Shown here piece by piece: positions 39,160-51,000 of a DNA stretch of 64,000 nt. The position numbers and the translations under genes are program-made. Location: positions 168,945 through 232,944 of the forward strand of contig JBLIMR010000002.1 in assembly GCA_047638815.1 (NCBI GenBank), in the 5' to 3' direction. The number at the start of each line of letters is the position of its first letter. The first letter of the stretch is position 1. This DNA is from Gammaproteobacteria bacterium (GTDB lineage: Bacteria; Bacteroidota; Bacteroidia; Flavobacteriales_D; JABDKJ01). The notes under the pieces were generated by a model. It saw only the letters and a list, made by a program, of their open reading frames with translations, had not been told where the DNA came from and searched no databases.

Positions 39160-39506
39160 AATCCATCTTCCTTGTTCAGGAGAAAACCCCTAAATTCTTC
39201 ATGTTTATGTATTGTTTTACGAAATATGCCTAATTTGGTTACATCAGTGAGTTTTGTAGCTATTCTAGGCCATAAAACCGATTAATTATCATGTGATTTA
39301 GCGCTGAATAGAGGAGGCCATAAATTGGTTTCTAAATTCCTTATTGATGGTGAGTATTCAAGTGATGTTCACCATTCTTATTTTATTGGGCCTTATTTCT
39401 GGAATATGTACTAATAAATCATCAAGAATTGATTCGAATAATATCATTTTATACAAATGATTTATAGCTATGATAATCGTTCGCATAGTGTTACTTTTGT
39501 TGGCTA

Positions 39507-41294
39507 ATGAAGAATATCAGAAATTTTTGCATAATCGCTCACATTGACCATGGTAAAAGCACCTTGGCTGATAGATTATTGCAACAGACGGGGACGATTA
39601 CTGAGCGTCAGATGCAGGAGCAGACCTTAGATGACATGGATCTTGAAAGAGAACGTGGTATCACGATTAAAAGTCATGCAATTCAAATGAAACACAAATT
39701 TGAAGGGGAGGATTATACACTTAATCTTATTGATACCCCTGGCCATGTGGATTTTTCCTATGAAGTTTCACGTTCCATTGCAGCATGTGAAGGGGCGCTA
39801 TTAATCGTTGATGCAACTCAAGGTATTGAGGCCCAAACTATCTCTAATTTGTATTTAGCCCTGGAAAATGACTTGGAGATTATTCCAGTTTTAAATAAAA
39901 TGGATCTTGATTCGGCTATGGCTGAGGAAGTAACTGATCAGATCGTAGAATTGATCGGATGTGATCCAGAAGATGTCATACCAGCCAGCGGTAAAACTGG
40001 ATTTGGGGTTGACAAAATTCTTGAAGCCGTGATACATAAAGTTCCTGCTCCAAAGGGAGATGTTGATGCGCCATTGCAAACCATGATTTTCGATTCAACT
40101 TTCAACTCCTTCCGAGGTATTATCGCCCTAATAAGAGTGATGAATGGGACCATTAGAAAAGGTGATTTGGTAAAATTCATGAACACTGGCCAAAAATATA
40201 AGGCAGATGAAATTGGAGTTTTGGGATTGGATTTAATTCCAAAGCCAGAACTTAGTGTAGGGGATGTTGGATACATCATCTCCGGAATTAAAATAGCGAA
40301 GGAAGTAAAAGTAGGGGATACAATTACACATATTGATAATCCGGCAACAGAGGTGATTCAAGGTTTTGAAGATGTAAAACCGATGGTTTTCGCTGGGGTG
40401 TATCCTGTAGATACTGATGAATTTGAAGAGTTGAGAGCTTCCTTAGAGAAGTTACAACTCAACGATGCTTCCTTGGTATATGAACCAGAGTCTTCGAATG
40501 CACTTGGATTTGGATTTAGATGTGGCTTTCTTGGAATGCTCCACATGGAAATTATTCAGGAGCGTTTGGAGCGAGAGTTCGATATGACCGTGATCACAAC
40601 GGTTCCGAATGTATCATATTTCGCATACACTACATCTGGAGAAAAGTTATTGGTTAACAACCCTTCTGACCTTCCTGAACCAAGTTTATTGGCACATATT
40701 GAGGAACCATATATCAACGCACAGATTATTACAAAGGCAGAGTATACAGGTCAGATAATGAGTCTTTGTATTGAACGAAGAGGAAATTTATTGAATCAAG
40801 TGTATTTGACTTCAGATCGAGTTGAATTGAGCTTTGATTTACCACTTGGAGAAATCGTATTTGATTTCTACGATAAATTAAAAACGGTATCGAGAGGATA
40901 TGCTTCCTTTGACTATTCACCGAAGGATTATCAAGTTTCGAAACTAATCAAACTTGACATACTCTTAAATGGTGATCAAGTAGATGCATTGTCTGCGCTG
41001 ATCCACAGAGACAGGGCATATGATTTGGGTAAAAAGATATGTTTGAAGTTAAAAGAACTTATTCCAAGACAACAATTTGACATCGCCATTCAAGCAGCGA
41101 TTAGTACAAAAGTAATTTCTAGAGAAACAGTAAAGGCTCTGAGGAAAGATGTAACGGCAAAATGTTATGGTGGAGATATATCCAGAAAGAGAAAGCTTCT
41201 GGAAAAACAGAAGAAGGGTAAAAAACGAATGAGACAAGTGGGTAATGTGGAAATTCCTCAAAACGCATTTATGGCAGTTCTAAAATTGGATTAA
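39507..41294 (+). CDS. lepA: translation elongation factor 4 (LepA)
   Basis: [19 protein letters not shown]1 motif, DTPGHVDF and NKMD motifs, and the LepA-specific C-terminal domain. 595 aa. Confidence 0.97.
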   Translation: MKNIRNFCIIAHIDHGKSTLADRLLQQTGTITERQMQEQTLDDMDLERERGITIKSHAIQMKHKFEGEDYTLNLIDTPGHVDFSYEVSRSIAACEGALLIVDATQGIEAQTISNLYLALENDLEIIPVLNKMDLDSAMAEEVTDQIVELIGCDPEDVIPASGKTGFGVDKILEAVIHKVPAPKGDVDAPLQTMIFDSTFNSFRGIIALIRVMNGTIRKGDLVKFMNTGQKYKADEIGVLGLDLIPKPELSVGDVGYIISGIKIAKEVKVGDTITHIDNPATEVIQGFEDVKPMVFAGVYPVDTDEFEELRASLEKLQLNDASLVYEPESSNALGFGFRCGFLGMLHMEIIQERLEREFDMTVITTVPNVSYFAYTTSGEKLLVNNPSDLPEPSLLAHIEEPYINAQIITKAEYTGQIMSLCIERRGNLLNQVYLTSDRVELSFDLPLGEIVFDFYDKLKTVSRGYASFDYSPKDYQVSKLIKLDILLNGDQVDALSALIHRDRAYDLGKKICLKLKELIPRQQFDIAIQAAISTKVISRETVKALRKDVTAKCYGGDISRKRKLLEKQKKGKKRMRQVGNVEIPQNAFMAVLKLD

Positions 41295-41298
41295 GATT

Positions 41299-41613
41299 AT
41301 GACGGATAAAAAGATTTTAGAAACGAATATCATTAGTGCCCTTAAGAGCATTTTTGATCCAGAAATTCCAGTTGATATTTATGAGTTAGGTCTTATTTAT
41401 GATATCATTATTGATGATGAGAATAACACCAATATCAATATGACACTAACCTCACCCAATTGTCCTGTGGCGGAATCTTTGCCTGCTGAGGTTGAGGAAA
41501 AAGTTAGATCTGTTCCTGGCGTAAAGTCTTCTGAAGTGAAAATAGTTTTTGATCCAGCATGGGAACACAGCATGATGAGCGAAGAAGCGAAATTTGAACT
41601 AGGAATGTTATAG
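41299..41613 (+). CDS. DUF59/SufT-like Fe-S assembly protein
   Basis: 104 aa with DPEIPVDIYELGLIY and TLTSPNCPVA motifs. Confidence 0.75.
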   Translation: MTDKKILETNIISALKSIFDPEIPVDIYELGLIYDIIIDDENNTNINMTLTSPNCPVAESLPAEVEEKVRSVPGVKSSEVKIVFDPAWEHSMMSEEAKFELGML

Positions 41614-41621
41614 AAACGATT

Positions 41622-42137
41622 ATGCAAGATGAAATAATCAATAGAGTAGCGAATAGCGGATTGCTGACAGTGGATTTGGCAGATCTGTATGATGGTTATG
41701 ATCCTGTTGAGTTGGATTTTCGCGCCTTGCTGCACGAAGAACTCATTCTTAGAGAAAAGCCATTTAGAGAATTCATCAAATCCAATGATTGGAGTAAATA
41801 TGCTGATAAATGGGTTTGTATTTATAGTTCGGTTGACGCTATTATCCCAAGTTGGGCATTTATGCTATTAAGTGCTGCAATGACAGACTTTACGGATAAT
41901 ATAATTCAAGGTAGCCCGGATGAATTGAGAAAAGCATACATATTGGATAAAATAAATCATTTAGATTTATCTATCTACAAAGATGAAAGAGTCATAATAA
42001 AGGGTTGTGGAGAGATACCCATTCCTGATGCAGCCTACGTTGCAATAACTAAGAGACTAAAAAGTGTTGTAAAATCTTTGATGTACGGTGAAGCTTGTTC
42101 TGCCGTGCCTGTCTATAAGAAAAAGATTAAATCATAG
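41622..42137 (+). CDS. DUF2480-like protein
   Basis: 171-aa ORF that habitually follows the DUF59 gene in Bacteroidetes, as I recall. There is no motif-level proof. Confidence 0.45.
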   Translation: MQDEIINRVANSGLLTVDLADLYDGYDPVELDFRALLHEELILREKPFREFIKSNDWSKYADKWVCIYSSVDAIIPSWAFMLLSAAMTDFTDNIIQGSPDELRKAYILDKINHLDLSIYKDERVIIKGCGEIPIPDAAYVAITKRLKSVVKSLMYGEACSAVPVYKKKIKS

Positions 42138-42315
42138 CGTTGAAACTCTCAACAATAACGTCTTTATACATGTGCCCATATGTGGCTAGACACCAAATCT
42201 GTAAAGTCAATCTATCTTCCTTTTTAATCCAAGAAATGGCTTTGTTTAATTCTTTTTTGAATAATCTTCTGTCAAAACTAACCTTGTTAAGTAAGGTTTT
42301 ACTGTAGTCTAACAT
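42127..42315 (-). CDS. small hypothetical protein (62 aa)
   Basis: An intact ORF convergent with the previous gene and overlapping it by 11 nt. The sequence is protein-like and helical, but nothing further supports it. Confidence 0.35.
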   Translation of the reverse strand: MLDYSKTLLNKVSFDRRLFKKELNKAISWIKKEDRLTLQIWCLATYGHMYKDVIVESFNAMI

Positions 42316-42505
42316 ATTCCCCCAGTGTTTTTAAGTTATTTAATAATTCCCTTGCTAAGATAATCGCAGTCAATTGTATGCGTCAAGCATATTTCGATTA
42401 AACCAACGCTGATGAAGTTAAATAATATAAAAACAACATCCAACAGCTAATCCAATTAGTTATCCCCAATAGCCTTAGAATGTAATTACGGTTAATCTTA
42501 AAGAC

Positions 42506-43123
42506 TTATTGTGCGATTTGACGTATAATTTTGAACATTAGCACAGAATGGTACTGTCCAGCTTGGATAGGTCCAATAGGATCTCCCTCAAAATCACGAA
42601 AAGGGATAAATGAATTACTGAATCTCGTTTGGAATTTCCACCTGTCATTCAGGTCATATTCGAAACCCAATAAAAAGCTGAAATCAAGGTCGTTAAACGG
42701 TCCAAAGTCATCTTCAGAAGCAAACCCAACTTCAGTTTCCTCTGAACTTTTTAATAAAAAAGCAACAGATAATCCAACATCAAAGCTAAATCTATCCTGA
42801 TAGTATGTCATATATACAGGCAATTCTACATAATGTATAGACATTCTATAAAAACTAAAATCATTGACTTTAGGTCTAGCAACCTTTCGACTTCCTTTTT
42901 GAATATAGCCAATATCCATGCCGAGTCCAATGGTTTCAGAAAATTTGGTTTTAACGCCAAGACCACCTTGAAAACCCAACTTGTTGAAGCCAGCATATCT
43001 GTCTCCACCCACTTGACTGGTAACCACTCCTATATAAATATGAGGCTTAAATACATTTTCTTCTTGAGCTTGAACACAAGTCGCAATCAGAATGAATATG
43101 AACGTGGTAAGTTTCTTAATCAC
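42506..43123 (-). CDS. small outer-membrane beta-barrel (porin_2 / OMP_b-brl_2-like)
   Basis: Signal peptide ending VQAQ, an alternating amphipathic strand pattern, and 205 aa. Confidence 0.6.
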   Translation of the reverse strand: MIKKLTTFIFILIATCVQAQEENVFKPHIYIGVVTSQVGGDRYAGFNKLGFQGGLGVKTKFSETIGLGMDIGYIQKGSRKVARPKVNDFSFYRMSIHYVELPVYMTYYQDRFSFDVGLSVAFLLKSSEETEVGFASEDDFGPFNDLDFSFLLGFEYDLNDRWKFQTRFSNSFIPFRDFEGDPIGPIQAGQYHSVLMFKIIRQIAQ

Positions 43124-43134
43124 AATATATTTTC

Positions 43135-44061
43135 TTACAAAGATACATCCTCTTTAACTACTTGTATAATATCAAAAACACCATTGTCCAAATCTTGCTT
43201 GTAGACGTATATGATTACTTCACAGTCCTCAATTTCAATATCCGGATTTGGAACATCTGGATTATCAAATGAGCCAGGTAAATAGTAATGTCCCTCGACA
43301 TTATGAAGATCTAAATCTATTGGATCTGTCGAGAAGACGGTTCCGAAAGTACCGTTTAGTGTTCCTCTGAAGACTTCTTTTTGAACATAGTCCAAAATGA
43401 TCGTGCCAGCATTATCTTGTGCCGTTATCACTTCCTTTTCAACTAAGTTTATGGAAAAAGCATAAGTGCCTTCAAGGTCCTCTAGAATCTCAATTGAGAA
43501 ATTCATACTAAGCGTGTCATTTAGAAAGCTAACATCGGCAATATCTAATTTCACAGGCGAAAGATCATTGATTAGCGCTTCAACATTCGCGCCCCAGTTT
43601 TCATAAGCAATTGGTAAAAATCCATCCACAGCCGACCTATTAATCAAACCTGAAGGCAGGGCTGAAATTCCAAATTGAGGAAAATATATTTCTCCGTCTT
43701 GCGTTCTAAGATCCACATCAAATGGAGTTCCTGGATCAGGTTCAGCGAAAGATTCCGAAACATGTAAAGACATTACGACTAATTGTTCACCGTATGTATC
43801 TCTAAGATCATCAGCAACTTCATGAGCTTCAGGACAATTAGTGCACTTGAAGCCAGTGTAATCTTCAAGAAGAATGTTTTTCGCTACTGGTCCAGAGGCT
43901 AAACTGGGATCTATAACAGTGTCAATGACAAGCGTACCAATAAATGGCTCGGATCCATCACCAGGGTCATTAGTAGGTCCACCTTCTGGATAAGGATCAT
44001 CCACTTTGTCGCAAGAAGCCATTAGAATGATGAAACCGAATAAAAACGTTAAATTTTTCAT
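43135..44061 (-). CDS. Omp28-related / thioredoxin-like lipoprotein with CxxC
   Basis: Lipobox LMASC and a CTNC motif in a YTGFKCTNCPEAH context. The family name is from memory. Confidence 0.45.
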   Translation of the reverse strand: MKNLTFLFGFIILMASCDKVDDPYPEGGPTNDPGDGSEPFIGTLVIDTVIDPSLASGPVAKNILLEDYTGFKCTNCPEAHEVADDLRDTYGEQLVVMSLHVSESFAEPDPGTPFDVDLRTQDGEIYFPQFGISALPSGLINRSAVDGFLPIAYENWGANVEALINDLSPVKLDIADVSFLNDTLSMNFSIEILEDLEGTYAFSINLVEKEVITAQDNAGTIILDYVQKEVFRGTLNGTFGTVFSTDPIDLDLHNVEGHYYLPGSFDNPDVPNPDIEIEDCEVIIYVYKQDLDNGVFDIIQVVKEDVSL

Positions 44062-44082
44062 AAATACTTGTATTGATTCTAT

Positions 44083-45819
44083 TTAAAAACTACTGGAGAT
44101 AGAAAAGGCTAAACCGTTGGAAGCTGGAACGACTCTACAAACGCCACCCACACAAAAGATACCTGCCCTTTGCTTACCATATCTCACTTCCAATCTTGTG
44201 GATTTCTTCAGAAATCCGGCCGAAACAATTGGGTAATGAATTTTCTGTTCTTCAACGTCATTGCCATAGTTGTATTGATCCATTACTGTTAGAAACCAAT
44301 GTGGTGAAACCGTATATTCAATCAATGCAGTCCCCCAGTCTCCTTGATCTTGCTTTGACGTCAGGTTTTGCAACTCTACTCGAAGATTATGTTTTTTATT
44401 TATTTTGTATGACACATCTGCTACATGAATGTCAGCAAAAATTACAGGTTCCTTATCGCTAAACACACCTTTTTGTATTAGGCTCTTATCAAATACTAGA
44501 TTGAAGTAAGTGTATTTAAACTTCCATTTTTTATTGATTTTTTTATCAATTTCAATGTTCAGATCCTTGATCATATTCCTTCCTGCTAAACTGAAAAGTT
44601 TAGTCGTATAACCCTGTCTGCTTGGATCCGCCTCAAATTGTTCAACTTCGGTGGCATCATCACTACTAAAATGAGTCGTATCTAGGGTATTTGCTTGAGC
44701 ATATCCAATAGTAACCTTAGTTCCATACTTGCCTCCTAATAGTTTATCTATACCAGAGACGGCATTCTTAGTCTTTTTAAATTTGTAGATAACTTCACCA
44801 CTTAAACCAATTTCACCATTAATAGCAGTTGCATATGGATATAAAGTTGCAGGTAAATTGTATGTATGTTGCTTCATGACAGGTGGAACGAAATTCACAT
44901 TTAGATCAAATGGGGAAGATGGGTAACGCGAAGAACTAAAAGACATATTGTCAATTATTTGAGCCTTAGCTAAAACCGAAAATCCTTTTTGTGAAAAAAC
45001 CGCGGTTCCAGTTAGTCCCTGACCCGGTTTAAAAATGTTATTGTTGGATCCGTTGGGATCATTAATTTTATAGGCATACTCTCCTGAGAGACTAACCTTG
45101 CTTTTTCTGAGTGTCAAACGGGCCCCATAAGCGGCAACATTTTTTGGTAGTTCAAAGTCTGAAGATAAAAATCCTTGATATCTACTTATAAAACTTGATC
45201 CAAAAGTTACTTTGGTCTTTTTGCTTTTCATTGATTCAATAAGCTCATTAAAATTAACCTCTAAATCACCACCTCTAAGAATACCGCTACCACTTATAAT
45301 TTTAGAATCAAATGCAAGTCTTTGTCGTCCATAGACTCCTTTCAGATAAACACCTTTATATGGATTGTATCTAATACGAACACCGTCCATGGCATTATCC
45401 ACACCTAAGAACCGTTCTTCATAGGCTCTGAAGATCATTCCGCTTCCGAATTGCTCATAAAAATTACCAACAGTAATTTCCATGTCATCATTTTGATAAG
45501 ATGCAAATCGATATCCGATTCCACTGCCATCCCACGCAGAACCTGCAGGATATCCCAGCAAGGATGGACCATAGAACTCATAACGACCACCAACTTGGAA
45601 TCCGCCCTTCGAATAAGTTAAGTATCCGTAAGCATTCATGGCCTGCTGCTCCTCAGGTTGTATAGCCCCTATTAAGCTATCTTCGTTATAGTATTGTGTG
45701 TCTATTTGAAAATTACCCTGAATGGAACCGGCATCATTGCCTTGAGCGTTTAGGTTCAATGAGCAAAGGCCTCCGAGAATAAATACTGCGATTGTTAGGA
45801 GTTTATAAATTGGTTTCAA
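44083..45819 (-). CDS. large predicted outer-membrane beta-barrel (DUF6029-like)
   Basis: Signal peptide ending LNAQG. The 578 aa are rich in Y/G/F beta-strand pairs and end in an aromatic residue (ISSSF). TTG start. Confidence 0.45.
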   Translation of the reverse strand: MKPIYKLLTIAVFILGGLCSLNLNAQGNDAGSIQGNFQIDTQYYNEDSLIGAIQPEEQQAMNAYGYLTYSKGGFQVGGRYEFYGPSLLGYPAGSAWDGSGIGYRFASYQNDDMEITVGNFYEQFGSGMIFRAYEERFLGVDNAMDGVRIRYNPYKGVYLKGVYGRQRLAFDSKIISGSGILRGGDLEVNFNELIESMKSKKTKVTFGSSFISRYQGFLSSDFELPKNVAAYGARLTLRKSKVSLSGEYAYKINDPNGSNNNIFKPGQGLTGTAVFSQKGFSVLAKAQIIDNMSFSSSRYPSSPFDLNVNFVPPVMKQHTYNLPATLYPYATAINGEIGLSGEVIYKFKKTKNAVSGIDKLLGGKYGTKVTIGYAQANTLDTTHFSSDDATEVEQFEADPSRQGYTTKLFSLAGRNMIKDLNIEIDKKINKKWKFKYTYFNLVFDKSLIQKGVFSDKEPVIFADIHVADVSYKINKKHNLRVELQNLTSKQDQGDWGTALIEYTVSPHWFLTVMDQYNYGNDVEEQKIHYPIVSAGFLKKSTRLEVRYGKQRAGIFCVGGVCRVVPASNGLAFSISSSF

Positions 45820-45842
45820 AGCGTTGAGATATAAATTTTTAT

Positions 45843-45874
45843 AAAAAAAAATGCTTGTCTAAATAGACAAGCAT
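45843..45874 (-). terminator. rho-independent terminator downstream of the TlpA-like gene
   Basis: The minus-strand RNA AUGCUUGUCU-AUUU-AGACAAGCAU forms a perfect 10-bp stem followed by UUUUUUUU. Confidence 0.8.
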
Positions 45875-45955
45875 AAAATTAGATATTTATTTGAGGTAGC
45901 TCTATGTAGAATTAAAATAGCGTTGGATTCCTAAGTAGTTCAATACTTATGGGCA

Positions 45956-46453
45956 CTATTTCACTAGCTCTAAAACTTTTTCATAAAGCTCATCTTCATC
46001 ACCTTCGCTGTATCCCACATGCTTATATACTATTTCACCCTTTCCATTTACAAGGAACGTAAATGGCGGAGAAGTAACATTCATTGCTCTCTTTAGATCC
46101 GAGTTTTCATCCAATAAGATTTCGAAATCCCATCCAGAAGCATCTATATATGGCTTCACTCTAGAAGAAGATCTACTATCATCTATAGAAACTGCAATTA
46201 TTTTCACTCCAGTCTCTTCAACCCAATCATCATAGACATCGGCAATATTATTAAGTTCTTTCTTGCAAGGTGAGCACCAAGTTGCCCAAAAGTTAATGAT
46301 TATTGGCTTTCCGTCATTTTCAATGCTAGAAATGTCAATATTGGTGCCATCCATAGTTTTAACCTCAACGGAAGGTACTTTGCCCATTTCTTGAGCAGAA
46401 ACTGAAGAGGTTAAGATAACCGCTAATAAGAGTATGATAGATCTTTTAATCAT
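45956..46453 (-). CDS. TlpA-family periplasmic thiol:disulfide oxidoreductase
   Basis: Signal peptide and a thioredoxin active site, FWATWCSPCKKEL. Confidence 0.85.
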   Translation of the reverse strand: MIKRSIILLLAVILTSSVSAQEMGKVPSVEVKTMDGTNIDISSIENDGKPIIINFWATWCSPCKKELNNIADVYDDWVEETGVKIIAVSIDDSRSSSRVKPYIDASGWDFEILLDENSDLKRAMNVTSPPFTFLVNGKGEIVYKHVGYSEGDEDELYEKVLELVK

Positions 46454-46583
46454 GATATGAGTTAAGTTTTTTAAATAATAGCAACTTACATGCCAAAATC
46501 CTTGGCAAGATTATGCCAAATATTAATGTCGAAGATATAAATTTCTTCTTTTAGTTGATTTAAAAATGTGCGCCAAGCGATGC

Positions 46584-47285
46584 TTAGGTATCCAATAGAG
46601 TAGGGATAATTTTATTTTTGAAATAGATCATACCTTCACTGGCACCAAGGGGAATCATAATGGCCTTATTTAACCCAAGACCTTCATCAGGGTTTATGCA
46701 ATAAACAGGCGTGCCTTTTTCAGCAAAATCTACCAACCCAGCTGCCGGATAAACTTGCATTGAAGTTCCAATAATGCAAAGAATATCAGCTGAGCGAACA
46801 ATTTCAGATGCGACTTCAATAAGCGGAACTGCTTCTCCGAACCAGACTATATGTGGCCTTAGAGGATGTCCATTTGGGCCTAAGTCATGCATAGACAGCG
46901 CTTTGTATTTCACATCAAGAATGGTTTTCGGATTATGCGTACATCGAACTTTCGTGAGCTCTCCATGTAGATGAAGAATTTCTGAAGACCCCGCTCTTTC
47001 ATGAAGGTCATCAACATTTTGGGTGATAATAGACACTTCAAGGGTTGCTTCCAGTTCAGCTAGAATTTTATGTCCATCATTGGGGTACACTTCACCAAGC
47101 TGGGCTCTTCGTTGATTATAAAACTTGTTTACCAATTCTGGATTTGATTGCCATGCCTCAGGTGTGGCAACTTCATAAATATTATGGTTTTCCCAAAGAC
47201 CATCATTATCCCTAAAAGTTTTCAAACCACTTTCCGCGCTCATTCCAGCGCCTGTTAATACAACTAGCTTTTTGTTGCTTTTCAT
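46584..47285 (-). CDS. cobB: NAD-dependent protein deacylase (Sir2 family)
   Basis: GAGMSAESG, QNVDDLHERAG and HG motifs, plus GTS...VYPAA. Confidence 0.85.
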   Translation of the reverse strand: MKSNKKLVVLTGAGMSAESGLKTFRDNDGLWENHNIYEVATPEAWQSNPELVNKFYNQRRAQLGEVYPNDGHKILAELEATLEVSIITQNVDDLHERAGSSEILHLHGELTKVRCTHNPKTILDVKYKALSMHDLGPNGHPLRPHIVWFGEAVPLIEVASEIVRSADILCIIGTSMQVYPAAGLVDFAEKGTPVYCINPDEGLGLNKAIMIPLGASEGMIYFKNKIIPTLLDT

Positions 47286-47457
47286 TTAGTGCATTTTTTG
47301 GATAATTAACGGTGATATTTTTTTGTTAAATATAGCTTGACATTGGCCCCATTGTAATTAAAAGAATGTAATGATCAATTCTTTAATAAAATTACTAATT
47401 TTACGATCGTTTTGGCCAATATCAGACAAAGCAAGAATACCACTCTAATCCAGCATT

Positions 47458-48060
47458 TTGATAACATTTATAGAAGGAAAATTAGTAGAAAAATCACCAA
47501 CTCATGCGGTTATAAGCTGCAATGGTGTTGGCTACCTGCTTAATATATCTATGAATACGTTTTCAAAGGTGAAAGACGAAGAGATGTGTAAGTTACTTAC
47601 GCATTATGCGGTTTCTGTTGATGTAAGATCCGGAGCCAGCAGTCATAACTTGTATGGTTTTGCAGATGAAACCGAAAGATTTTTGTTTCGAACGTTGATA
47701 AAAATATCTGGAGTTAGTAGTAATATGGCTAATATTATTTTGTCGACAATGAGTCCAAATGATCTGCAAAATGCTGTTGCGAATAAGGATTTAGATAAAA
47801 TTAAATCGGTGAAAGGTGTGGGTCCCAAATTGGCACAAAGAATACTTATGGAGCTCAGTGGAAAATTGGATTTACCGGATTTGGTTGGAAATATATATCC
47901 TCCTGCGGGCAATACCATTAGAAATGAAGCGTTAAGCGCTTTATGTTCTTTAGGATTTGATAAATCTAAAGTTGATACTGTCTTGAAACAAGTTATTGAA
48001 AAAACCACTCAAGATAGCACTGTAGAGGAATTAATTAAAGAAAGTTTGAAAGTTTTATAG
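47458..48060 (+). CDS. ruvA: Holliday junction DNA helicase subunit RuvA
   Basis: The TTG start gives MITFIEGKL...CNGVGYLLNIS (the RuvA OB domain). HhH motifs include KSVKGVGPKLAQRI. Confidence 0.9.
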   Translation: MITFIEGKLVEKSPTHAVISCNGVGYLLNISMNTFSKVKDEEMCKLLTHYAVSVDVRSGASSHNLYGFADETERFLFRTLIKISGVSSNMANIILSTMSPNDLQNAVANKDLDKIKSVKGVGPKLAQRILMELSGKLDLPDLVGNIYPPAGNTIRNEALSALCSLGFDKSKVDTVLKQVIEKTTQDSTVEELIKESLKVL

Positions 48061-48067
48061 AGCCATT

Positions 48068-51000
48068 TTGACAAACTCCCCCTCGAAAATAAATAAGACT
48101 TTGCAATATGTGCTTGCTACTATGATGGTAGGTTGCTTATATGCATTCACCTTTGCGGAAACAACCGATAACGTTTCATGGAAAAAAACCGAGCTATATC
48201 TGCCGGTCGATTCGCCTGAGATTGTTCTTCCTTATCCTATAGACGACACCTACAATCCATATGGAGGTGGTGGATTGATAGATCTAAATACACCAACTAA
48301 TATATCGGATAGTATGTCTTATGATCCAGTTTCTGGGGAGTATAACTTCTTTCAGACAATGGATGGGATTAACTTTAGAAATCCAAGTTCGATGACTTCT
48401 GATGAATTTTTGGATTACTCTTTAGATGACATTATTAAATCCAACTGGCAGGACTTTGTGCAATCAAGTAATACTGAAGATCAACAAGACAACAATCCAA
48501 ATCCATTTAGGCCTACGTTAGATATAGAAAGTAAGTTGTTTAATGACATTTTTGGGAGTAACAAGATTGAAATTAGACCACAGGGGTCCGCTGAATTAAC
48601 TTTTGGAGTAAATTATTCCAAAACGGAGAATCCAAGGATTTCGGTTCGTCAACAAAGGAACACTGTCTTTGATTTTGATCAGAAAATTCAATTAAATCTT
48701 ATTGGAAATATTGGGGATAAGATGAAACTTCAATTTGATTACAACACGGAATCATCTTTTGATTTTGAGAATCAGATGAAGCTGGAATACACTGGAAAGG
48801 AAGATGAGATTATTCAGAAAATTGAGGCTGGAAACGTGACGCTACCATTATCAGGATCTCTTATTTCAGGTAGTCAAAGTTTATTTGGGATTAAAGCTCA
48901 GACCAAGTGGGGTAAATTAACGTCAACAACTATCCTATCTCAGGAAAAAGGCGAGCGTAAAGAAATCAATGTAGAAGGTGGCGCACAAACTCAAGATTTT
49001 GAAATCACCGGAGATGACTATGAAGCGAATAGACACTATTTCTTAAGTAACTATTTCCGTGACCAGTATGATGATGCAATGTCTGATCTACCTATTGTAA
49101 ATTCGGCAGTAGGTGTAACTAGAATTGAGGTATGGGTAACCAATAAAAGAGCCGCCTTTGAAGAGAATAGAAATATAGTAGGGTTTACAGATATAGGAGA
49201 GGATCAGATTTATTGGAAGGCAAATGACATTCCTGTTGGACAGGTGGATCTTAGCCCAACAGCTTTTCCAGATAACGAAAACAACAGTTTGTATGCCTCA
49301 GTTGCAGGTAGCCCTGCCATTAGATCATTTTCCCAGGCTTCAGGAACTTTAACAGCGTTGGGTTACAGCCCATCAAATTTATTTGAGGATTTAGAAAGTG
49401 CAAGAAAATTGACAACCAATGAATACTCTTTAAATTCAAGGTTGGGTTTTATTTCATTAAACCAATCATTAAACAATGATGAGGTATTAGCGGTAGCCTA
49501 TGAGTATACCTTGAATGGTCAGACCTATCAGGTGGGTGAATTTTCGACAGATGGAATCGAGCCGCCCAATGCATTAATGGTAAAGTTATTGAAATCTACC
49601 ATTACAAACCCGAACAATATGCTTTGGGATTTGATGATGAAAAACATCTACTCAATTGGTGCGTATCAAGTCAATAAGCAAAATTTCAGACTTGATGTAT
49701 GGTACAATGATCCAACGGAAGGCTTTGACATTCCTTTTATCCCAAAAGAAGGGGTAGATCAATTACCATTAATTAATGTTCTTAATTTAGATAGGATAGA
49801 TCAAAACGGAAATGGAACACCAGACGGAGTTTTCGATTATGTTCCAAATGCTGAGAGTACTGGTGGAACCTTGAACGAGAAAAATGGTAGAGTTTATTTT
49901 ACTTCCGTTGAGCCCTTCGGGTCTTTATTAGATTCAAAACTTGAAGCCGCTGGTCTTTCAGAATCTGACAGAAATGACATAGTATTTCAGGCCTTATATG
50001 ATTCAACCAAAGTTGCAGCACAACAGATTCCTGAGCTCAATAGATTCAAATTAAAAGGGACATATCAATCGGCATCTTCAGATGAGATATCGTTGAACGC
50101 AATCAATGTGCCACAAGGTTCTGTTAAAGTTACTGCCGGTGGTGTTCAATTAACTGAAAATTCAGACTATACCGTAGATTATAATTTGGGGAGAGTGAAA
50201 ATTCTGAATTCTGGACTCCTGGAATCTGGCACACCTATAAAAATTTCGCTAGAGAGTAATTCAGGGTTGAACTTTCAAACAAAGACAATGGTCGGGAACA
50301 GGTTCGATTATGAAGTCAATGAGAATCTTCTTGTTGGAGGTACAATATTGAATCTAAGTGAAAGACCACTTACTCAAAAAGTAGATGTAGGATCTGAGCC
50401 AATCAGTAATACTATATGGGGAGCAGACGTAAACTATTCAAAGGAGTCAGAGTTCGTAACAAAGTTAGTGGATAAACTGCCATTTTATGGAACGAAAGAA
50501 ACTTCAAATGTCAACTTCTCAGCAGAATTTGCACAACTTCTTCCTGGCCACTCTAGATCTATTTCAAAAGAAGGGATATCCTATGTGGATGACTTTGAAG
50601 GAAGTTACTCAACAATAGACCTAAGATCATGGACGAGATGGTCTTTGGCGAGCACGCCACAGGGGCAAGATGTTTTGTTTCCTGAAGGAAACTTGATAGA
50701 TAGTCTAGCATATGGATTCAATAGATCTCATGTGTCTTGGTATACCATAGATAATTTATTTTATGGGCAAAATAGTTCTGCACTCCCACCGAATGTTAAT
50801 GCGGATATGCGATCAGATCATAGAATGAGAGAGGTACGTGAAAAAGAAGTTTTTCCATCCAAAGAATTACCTCCAGGATCATTACCAACCTTAGCAACAT
50901 TTGATTTGACATACTATCCAGATGAAAAGGGGGCATATAACTTCAACTCCAATGTCACTTTAAATGCAAATGGAACAATAGGTTATGGTATTGGTGACTC

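Noticed and set aside
39347-39460. 37-codon ORF (MVSIQVMFTILILLGLISGICTNKSSRIDSNNIILYK) in the 347-nt gap upstream of lepA
   Set aside because: It has a hydrophobic, lipobox-like start, but no promoter or terminator support and no way to test conservation here. It is too weak to call.
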